NCBI GenBank assembly: GCA_035471625.1 | Contig: DATIPT010000069.1 | Span: 15,757 to 79,756, forward strand | Origin: Anaerolineales bacterium | GTDB taxonomy: Bacteria; Chloroflexota; Anaerolineae; Anaerolineales; E44-bin32 | Direction: 5' to 3' | Length of the DNA stretch: 64,000 nucleotides | Part shown: positions 56,240 through 64,000 of the stretch, one piece after another | Position numbering within the stretch: position 1 is the stretch's first letter | How the letters are laid out: each line of letters starts with the position of its first letter | Notes under the pieces: generated by a model | What the model saw: only the letters and a program-made list of their open reading frames with translations | Told to the model about the DNA's origin: nothing | Database searches by the model: none | Program-made: the position numbers and the translations under genes

Positions 56240-56996
56240 GGCGAATGGCCTCCGTCAGTTGCAGGTCGGAGGCGATCCGACCGGCCAGTTCAGCGGTGGC
56301 GAGATCGTCGATGTGGCGGGGGCGAGGCAGGTGGATCGGATGGTCGGCCAGGATCCGTCCGGGGCGCGGGCTGAAGACGACGACCCGGTCGCCCAAGACG
56401 ACCGCCTCACGGACATTGTGGGTCACGAACACGACGGTCTTGCCCATCCGCATCCACAGTTCCTGAAGCTCATCATGCAGGAGCTGCCGGGTGATCGCAT
56501 CCAATGCGCCGAAGGGTTCATCCAGAAGGAGGACGGCCGGATCGACGGCCAGGGCGCGCGCAAGGGCGACCCGCTGCTTCATCCCTCCCGAGAGCTCATG
56601 GACCCAGGCATCGTCAAAGGCCTCCAGATGGACCATTTTCAACAGTCGATCCGAAGTCTTGTGACGCTCCGCTGCCGGAACCCGCTTCATTCTCAGACCG
56701 AACTCAACGTTGTCGCGGACCGTCAGCCAGGGGAACAGGGCGGCCTCCTGGAACAGCAGCACCCGGCTAGGGTCTGGGCCGGTGACAGTCTCGCCGTTGA
56801 CATGAACCTGGCCGGAAGACGGCGTCTCGAGCCCGGCCAGGATGTACAGGAGTGTCGTCTTTCCGCACCCTGAAGGCCCGATGGCGCAGACGAATTCGCC
56901 GGCGGCGACGGTGAGGTTGATCTCCGAGAGCGCCAGCAGGTCTCCCGAGCGCGTCGGATAGAACTTGCTCACGGTGACGACTTCGAGGGCTTGCAT
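56232..56996 (-). CDS. ABC transporter ATP-binding protein (SsuB/TauB-like)
   Basis: Walker A 'GPSGCGKTT', signature 'LSGGMKQRVALARAL', Walker B 'LLLDEPFGALD'. Overlaps the permease start by 8 nt. Confidence 0.9.
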   Translation of the reverse strand: MQALEVVTVSKFYPTRSGDLLALSEINLTVAAGEFVCAIGPSGCGKTTLLYILAGLETPSSGQVHVNGETVTGPDPSRVLLFQEAALFPWLTVRDNVEFGLRMKRVPAAERHKTSDRLLKMVHLEAFDDAWVHELSGGMKQRVALARALAVDPAVLLLDEPFGALDAITRQLLHDELQELWMRMGKTVVFVTHNVREAVVLGDRVVVFSPRPGRILADHPIHLPRPRHIDDLATAELAGRIASDLQLTEAIRHD

Positions 56997-57014
56997 CGGA
57001 ATGCACCCCCTGCG

Positions 57015-58055
57015 CTAGCGGACCTGAGGGTACCCCTCTTCCTCCAGCAGCTCGTTCAGGATGGTGAGATCGTAGATCCCGTCCAAGTCTGGTTGCTCTC
57101 GCAAGAAGCCGGCGGCGAAGGCGGCTTCGGCCGAAGCGACCAGGGATGTGGAAATCGGATCCCAGGTCGGCCGCAGGCGCGACCATGCCATCGAGAGAAC
57201 GGCCGGGTCGAGTTCCTTGCCGGTCATCCGTCCGATCTCTTGATTGAGGAGGGTCTGGGCCTCGTCCGGGTGGGCCAAGGACCATTCGGTGACGACGAGG
57301 TGCGCCGACAGCCAGTTCCGGACAATCTCGGGGTGGTCGCGGAGCAGGCTGGGGCGGACGATCACATGGGCGGTCACGAAGTCGCCGTTGGGCCACAAGT
57401 CGCGCTCGTCGAGGAAGAGTTCCCCGCCGCCCTCGACGATCAAGCGGGCAGCCCACGGCTCCGGGACCCAGGCGCCATCGATCTGGCCGAGACGGAAGAG
57501 GTTCAGGATCTGTGAGTTCTCGGTCGGAAAGATCTCGACATCCCCACCGCGCTCGACCGTATCGAAACCGTGGGCGATCAAATAGCTGCGTAGAGCCACG
57601 TCCTGGGTATTCCCCAGCTGGGGGGTGGCCAGGCGACGCCCGCTCAGGTCTGGGGGAGTCGTGATGCCGGCCTCCGGCCGAACGACCAACGCTGCGCCGC
57701 CGCTCGTGGCGCCGGCCACGATTCGAAGCGCCTCGCCCTGGGATTGCACATATCCGTTGATGGCGGGGTTCGGGCCAATGTAGGACATGTCGATCTCACC
57801 GGCGAACATGGCCTCGATGACCGACGGGCCGGCGTTGAACTGGATCGGCTCGATCTGCACCTGCGGTCCAAGGGCCGTCTGGAAGTCCCCGCGCGCCAGT
57901 CCGATCAGGGCCTGGCTGTGGGTGATGTTCGGGAAGTAGCCGACTCGCAGAACCATGGCGCCATTCGGATCGGAACGTCCGCTGGTGGAGCAGGCGGCCA
58001 ACAGGAGGCCAAGTGCGAGGGAGTAGAGGCGAGGAAGGAGGGGCCGGCGGGGCAT
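57015..58055 (-). CDS. ABC transporter substrate-binding lipoprotein (NMT1/SsuA-like)
   Basis: Lipobox 'LLAAC'. 'LRVGYFPNITHSQALIG' and 'IDMSYIGPNPAI' are typical of this family. Confidence 0.8.
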   Translation of the reverse strand: MPRRPLLPRLYSLALGLLLAACSTSGRSDPNGAMVLRVGYFPNITHSQALIGLARGDFQTALGPQVQIEPIQFNAGPSVIEAMFAGEIDMSYIGPNPAINGYVQSQGEALRIVAGATSGGAALVVRPEAGITTPPDLSGRRLATPQLGNTQDVALRSYLIAHGFDTVERGGDVEIFPTENSQILNLFRLGQIDGAWVPEPWAARLIVEGGGELFLDERDLWPNGDFVTAHVIVRPSLLRDHPEIVRNWLSAHLVVTEWSLAHPDEAQTLLNQEIGRMTGKELDPAVLSMAWSRLRPTWDPISTSLVASAEAAFAAGFLREQPDLDGIYDLTILNELLEEEGYPQVR

Positions 58056-58113
58056 TGGAGTACCTCCAGAAAGGAGGCCGCGGTGGGAGGCCGCCGCGTC
58101 CAGATTCAGTTCA

Positions 58114-59085
58114 TCACGTCTCCAAGGGTGCGGTCGTGGGGTGGTCCAACTCCTTGCGGACAGCGCGGTACAGGTTCTCCGCCTTGAGTTCAGCCAGAGT
58201 GTAGCATGGGCCGCCCAGCTTCTCCGCCAGAGCCGTCGCCAGTCCCTGATCGAAAGCGGCGTGTTCCATGTTGATGACGACCGATCGGACGTCGGACTGC
58301 CTGATCAGGTCGGCGATCCGGTGGGCTTCCTCCTGCGGCGGTAGCTCGCTCATCGAAACGTTCCCGGCGCCGTCGGTCAGCAGGATCAGCAAGGGGAGGA
58401 CGTCGGGGTGAGCGATTCGCTCCTGCTGGAAGAGTTCGTAGGCGAGGCGCAAGCCTGCCGAGAGAGGCGTCTTGCCGCCGACCGGGATGTCGGCCAGGGC
58501 CTTCTGGGCGAGTTGAACGGAATTGGTCGGCGGCAGCACCGTCAGGGCCCGATCCTTCTGGAAGACGATCAGGCCGACCCGATCTCGGCGTTGGTAGGCA
58601 TCGGTCAGGAGCGAAACGATCGCGCCCTTGGTCGCCGACATGCGCTCGGCCACGGCCATCGACCATGAGGCGTCGACGACGAAGAGGATCAGGTTGGCCG
58701 CACGGCGGACGCGGATCTTGCGCTGGAGATCGCTTGGCTCGATCGCCAGGGCCACCTCGTTGCGTTTGGCCAGGCGCCGACGCTGGTAAGGGGCGGCGGC
58801 GCGAAACGTGGCATCGAAGGCGATGTCGCTGGTCCGGCCCTGGGCCGGGCGGGCGGCGATGTATCGGCCGCGCTTGCGATCGGTACGGGTCTGGGTTCGG
58901 CGACCGCCCTGGCGGCGAGTCAGCCGGTCGATGGGGGATTCGAGGCGCCGGGGGGCGAAGGACTCGCCGACGCGCACCTTGTCGCCGCCCTCCCACCACC
59001 GGGCCTGAACCGAGGTCGACGTCGGCTGTCGACCGGGCTCCGGTGTGCCGGCCGGCGGACGTTCTTCCTCGCCTTCACGGATCAC
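58114..59085 (-). CDS. VWA-domain protein (BchD/ChlD C-terminal-like), Pro/acidic N-terminal linker
   Basis: MIDAS 'FVVDASWSM', 'DRVGLIVFQKDRALTVLPPT', 'GGKTPLSAGL', 'LILLTDGAGN'. The GTG start at 59085 overlaps the upstream stop (GTGA). Confidence 0.8.
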   Translation of the reverse strand: MIREGEEERPPAGTPEPGRQPTSTSVQARWWEGGDKVRVGESFAPRRLESPIDRLTRRQGGRRTQTRTDRKRGRYIAARPAQGRTSDIAFDATFRAAAPYQRRRLAKRNEVALAIEPSDLQRKIRVRRAANLILFVVDASWSMAVAERMSATKGAIVSLLTDAYQRRDRVGLIVFQKDRALTVLPPTNSVQLAQKALADIPVGGKTPLSAGLRLAYELFQQERIAHPDVLPLLILLTDGAGNVSMSELPPQEEAHRIADLIRQSDVRSVVINMEHAAFDQGLATALAEKLGGPCYTLAELKAENLYRAVRKELDHPTTAPLET

Positions 59086-60194
59086 GCCGTGTGGCGGGCT
59101 TTTTTTTTATCCTCGGCGGTGGCTTCGCCGGATCCATCGTCTCCGGCGGAGGGCGTCGGTTCGGGCTGTGCCTGAATCTGTTGGATGCGCGATTGCAGGT
59201 CGTCGAGCGCGACGTCGGATTGCTGGAAGGGCCCGCGGCGCAGCCGATGAGGCAGCGCCAGCTCCGCCGCCAGGGCGATATCCCGATCGGTGAGGCGCGT
59301 GCGCCCTTCGTATGCGGCGTGGGCCCGGGCGGCTTTCAAGATGACCAGATCGGCCCGGTGGCCGTCGACACGCAGGGAGGCGGTCAGGGTGGCAATGGCG
59401 AAAAGGTCGCGGGGCGAGTACTCGACGTGGTCGACCAAGCGCCGGGCGGCGTCGATCTCGCGGGAGAGTGTCTGCTCACGGTCGAGCCACTGGCGGCGGA
59501 AGCCGTCGGGGTCCGCCTCGAAGGCCAGGATTCGCTCCATGATGGCGATCCGGTCGTTGGGGTCCTGCAGCCCGCGGATTTCCACCGAGAGGGCGAACCG
59601 GTCCAGCAGCTGGGGCCGCAGGTCGCCTTCTTCGGGGTTCATCGTCCCGACGAGGATGTAGCGGGCCGGGTGGCTGAATGAGATCCCTTCCCGCTCGACG
59701 ATGTTCATTCCCAAGGCGGCCGAGTCGAGCAGGACGTCGACGACGTGGTCGTCGAGCAGATTGACTTCGTCGATGTACAGCAGACCTCGGTTGGCGGCGG
59801 CGAGAACGCCGGCTTCGAAGTGCCGCTCGCCTTCCTTAATCGCCCGCTCGATGTCCAGGGTCCCGACCACCCGGTCTTCGGTCGCCGAGACGGGTAGGTC
59901 GACGAAAGACGTGCGTCGCAGGGCGGTCGGTAGTGCCTTCCCGGCTGCGGATCGCTCCCGGCATTCGGTGCACCAGGTTGTGGGTTGATCCGGATCGCAG
60001 CCGAAACGGCAGTCGGCAACTACCCGCACTTCGGGAAGGAGTTCCGCCAGGGCGCGAGCGGCGGTGGATTTGGCCGTTCCGCGCTCGCCGCGAATCAAGA
60101 CGCCACCGATCCGAGGGTTCACGGCGTTGAGGATCAGGGCGCGGCGCATCCGCTCCTGGCCGACAATAGCGGTGAAGGGAAAGACCACGGTCAT
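59082..60194 (-). CDS. ChlI/BchI-like AAA+ ATPase (Mg-chelatase subunit I family)
   Basis: 'FPFTAIVGQERMRRALILNAV', Walker A 'GERGTAKST', Walker B 'LLYIDEVNLLDDHVVDVLLD', 'GTMNPEEGDLRPQLLDRF'. Start ATG 60194 (MTVVFPF). Confidence 0.85.
   Translation of the reverse strand: MTVVFPFTAIVGQERMRRALILNAVNPRIGGVLIRGERGTAKSTAARALAELLPEVRVVADCRFGCDPDQPTTWCTECRERSAAGKALPTALRRTSFVDLPVSATEDRVVGTLDIERAIKEGERHFEAGVLAAANRGLLYIDEVNLLDDHVVDVLLDSAALGMNIVEREGISFSHPARYILVGTMNPEEGDLRPQLLDRFALSVEIRGLQDPNDRIAIMERILAFEADPDGFRRQWLDREQTLSREIDAARRLVDHVEYSPRDLFAIATLTASLRVDGHRADLVILKAARAHAAYEGRTRLTDRDIALAAELALPHRLRRGPFQQSDVALDDLQSRIQQIQAQPEPTPSAGDDGSGEATAEDKKKARHTA
59100..59108 (-). repeat. A9 homopolymer (T9 on + strand) encoding KKK at the 3' end of the ChlI-like gene
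   Basis: Counted directly: t at 59100 plus eight t at 59101-59108. AAG is otherwise the visibly preferred Lys codon in neighbouring genes. Confidence 0.95.
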
Positions 60195-60249
60195 CGGCTT
60201 CTTCTCGCGCCGGATTATACCGCCGGGCGGCGCGCCGAAGGCCCCAAGG

Positions 60250-60278
60250 TTTACAAGTCTCCGGTTCACTCGTATAAT
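60250..60278 (+). promoter_or_regulatory. Sigma70-type promoter of rpsA: TTTACA-N17-TATAAT
   Basis: TTTACA at 60250-60255, an exactly 17-nt spacer, TATAAT at 60273-60278. AAGGA RBS about 10 nt before ATG 60311. Confidence 0.55.
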
Positions 60279-60310
60279 GCCCGAACCCTATCGATAAGGA
60301 AATCCCGTTC

Positions 60311-61666
60311 ATGGAATCAGCCAAAGAGCCCCTCGAAACACCGGCGGAGGACAAGCCGGAAGCCGAGGGTGCCGAAGCCCATCCGATGGATGCCTTCCTC
60401 GAAGAGGAAGCGTTCGGGATGGAAACGCCCCGACGGGGCGAAATGCGAACCGGCACCATCGCCCGAATCAGCGGGAACGATATTCTGGTGGACATCGGCG
60501 CCAAGTCGGAAGGCGTGATCCCGGCGTCGGAGATCGAACAGATGTCGGAAGAGGAGCGCGCCGAGCTCGTCGTCGGCCGCGAGCTGCCCGTCTACGTCGT
60601 GCGGACCGGCGACCGGGAAGTCGGGACCGTGCTCTCGGCGACCCGGGCGATGGAAGAGAGTGATTGGACCAAGGCCGAGGAGATGATGCAGGACCAGGAG
60701 GTCTTCGAAGGCCAGGTCAGCGGGTACAACAAGGGCGGCCTGATCGTCAAGGTCGGCAACCTGCGCGGCTTCATCCCGGCTTCTCAGGTCAGCCTGTCTC
60801 GCCGCCGGCGAGCCGATGGCGAGACGCCGGACAAGCGCTGGGGCAAGATGGTCGGCGAACCCATCATCGCCCGGGTGATCGAGGTCGACCGACGCCGCAA
60901 CCGCCTGATCCTCTCCGAAAGGGCCGCCGCGCGGGAAGCCCGCAAGGCTCTCAAGGAACGCCTGATCGGCGATCTGCAGCCCGGCGAAGTGCGCACGGGC
61001 CGGGTGATCTCGCTGGCCGATTTCGGCGCCTTCGTCGATATCGGTGGCGCCGACGGCCTGGTGCACCTGTCTGAGATCTCCTGGAAGCGCCTTGGCCACC
61101 CCAGCGAAGCTCTCGAGGTCGGCCAGGAGGTCCAGGTCAAGGTGCTCTCGGTCGACACCGAGCGCCGCCGGATCAGCCTGTCGATGCGGGAACTCGAGCC
61201 GGATCCGTGGGAGACGATCGTCGCCAATCTGAGCGAGGGTCAACTGATCGAAGGCCGGATCACGAAGATCACGAAGTTCGGCGCCTTCGCCAGCCTGACC
61301 GTCGCCGACGGCTACGAAGTCGAAGGCCTCATTCACATCTCGGAATTGGCGGACCGCCGGATCGAGTCTCCCGACGAGGTTGTGCAAGAAGGGCAGACGG
61401 TCACCCTGCGGGTGATCAAGATCGATCGGGCGCGCAAGCGCATTGGGCTGAGCCTGAAGCGCGTCTCTTCGTCGGAGTACGCTGAGATGGACTGGCAGGC
61501 GGCGGTCGGGGGGCCGGCTGCGTCGACGCCGACGTCGCCCGAAGTCGAGGATTTCGACGCCGAGTTGGATGAGGAGCCCGCCCCGGCGGAGGCCGACGAC
61601 GAGGAGCTCGACGACGACCTGGATGAGGATGACGACGACTTCGAGGACGACGACGACAGGGACTGA
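60311..61666 (+). CDS. rpsA: 30S ribosomal protein S1 with acidic C-terminal tail
   Basis: Four S1 repeats ('[24 protein letters not shown]', '[23 protein letters not shown]', '[26 protein letters not shown]', '[15 protein letters not shown]'). Strong upstream promoter and RBS. Confidence 0.9.
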   Translation: MESAKEPLETPAEDKPEAEGAEAHPMDAFLEEEAFGMETPRRGEMRTGTIARISGNDILVDIGAKSEGVIPASEIEQMSEEERAELVVGRELPVYVVRTGDREVGTVLSATRAMEESDWTKAEEMMQDQEVFEGQVSGYNKGGLIVKVGNLRGFIPASQVSLSRRRRADGETPDKRWGKMVGEPIIARVIEVDRRRNRLILSERAAAREARKALKERLIGDLQPGEVRTGRVISLADFGAFVDIGGADGLVHLSEISWKRLGHPSEALEVGQEVQVKVLSVDTERRRISLSMRELEPDPWETIVANLSEGQLIEGRITKITKFGAFASLTVADGYEVEGLIHISELADRRIESPDEVVQEGQTVTLRVIKIDRARKRIGLSLKRVSSSEYAEMDWQAAVGGPAASTPTSPEVEDFDAELDEEPAPAEADDEELDDDLDEDDDDFEDDDDRD

Positions 61667-61688
61667 GTCTGGGAACCAGAAACCGACG

Positions 61689-61720
61689 CCGGGCGCCAAG
61701 AGGCGCCCGGTTTGGCTTTT
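61689..61720 (+). terminator. Intrinsic terminator after rpsA
   Basis: CCGGGCGCC-AAGA-GGCGCCCGG followed by TTTGGCTTTT. Confidence 0.7.
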
Positions 61721-61813
61721 CGGAGGCCGAGCGCGCGATCCGAGCCCTCCGCGCCCGGTCTGGGATGTGGGTCGACTGGGACGGAAGGCCCTTTCCGTGG
61801 GCGAGTGTGTTTC

Positions 61814-61822
61814 TGGTAGAAT
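61814..61822 (+). promoter_or_regulatory. Extended -10 TGGTAGAAT upstream of clpC
   Basis: TGGTAGAAT at 61814-61822. The identical 9-mer also occurs at 16455-16463 upstream of the ABC ATPase gene. Confidence 0.35.
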
Positions 61823-61878
61823 CCGACCGATGCGGGCGAGATTGGCCGCCCGCGCGGAGTGATCTCGTGGCCGACAAG

Positions 61879-64000
<2,122 letters not shown>

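Noticed and set aside
55448-60194. Functional link between the Ssu/NMT1-type ABC transporter and the adjacent ChlI-like/VWA pair
   Set aside because: The evidence is only same-strand adjacency, with a 58-nt gap and no shared motif logic. No chelatase large subunit or cobalamin/tetrapyrrole genes are nearby. There is not enough to propose a system.

Overview
This is a GC-rich bacterial chromosomal segment (roughly two-thirds G+C by eye, not computed), densely coding on both strands. I support 54 CDS. I found no rRNA, tRNA, CRISPR array, transposase or integrase. The gene content and sigma70-like TATAAT/TAGAAT boxes are compatible with a Chloroflexota-like organism, but this is a low-confidence inference.

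The high GC produces many long spurious antisense or alternate-frame ORFs in the supplied track. I chose coding frames by recognisable protein motifs.

Recognisable core genes: rsmG, recF, def, ftsK, murJ, acnA, rnhB, pcm, mgsA, rpsA, and a 3'-open clpC that the ORF track omits.
- Transport: a BMP-family nucleoside-type ABC transporter (2 binding proteins, ATPase, 2 permeases) and an NMT1/Ssu-type ABC transporter.
- Signalling: 4 GAF/PAS histidine kinases or response regulators, a PAS-GAF-GGDEF cyclase, a cNMP-binding membrane protein, an FHA protein and a dual-specificity phosphatase.
- Proteostasis cluster: Hsp20, a CbpA-like J-protein, HtrA and an eRF1-like protein.

No clear-cut new multi-gene system is visible. 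The observations most worth follow-up:
1. An A9 slippery run exactly at the junction of a ChlI-like AAA+ gene and a VWA gene. A -1 shift there would give a BchD-like fusion.
2. An eRF1-like protein with GGQ replaced by GGA, in a tight J-protein/HtrA operon.
3. A DUF2652 cyclase-fold protein fused to SRPBCC.
4. An XRE regulator with an uncharacterised N-terminal module, directly downstream of the diguanylate cyclase.
5. A terminator-like hairpin in that cyclase's leader.
6. Three apparent leaderless genes.

All functional calls rest on motif recognition by eye. No database search was run.
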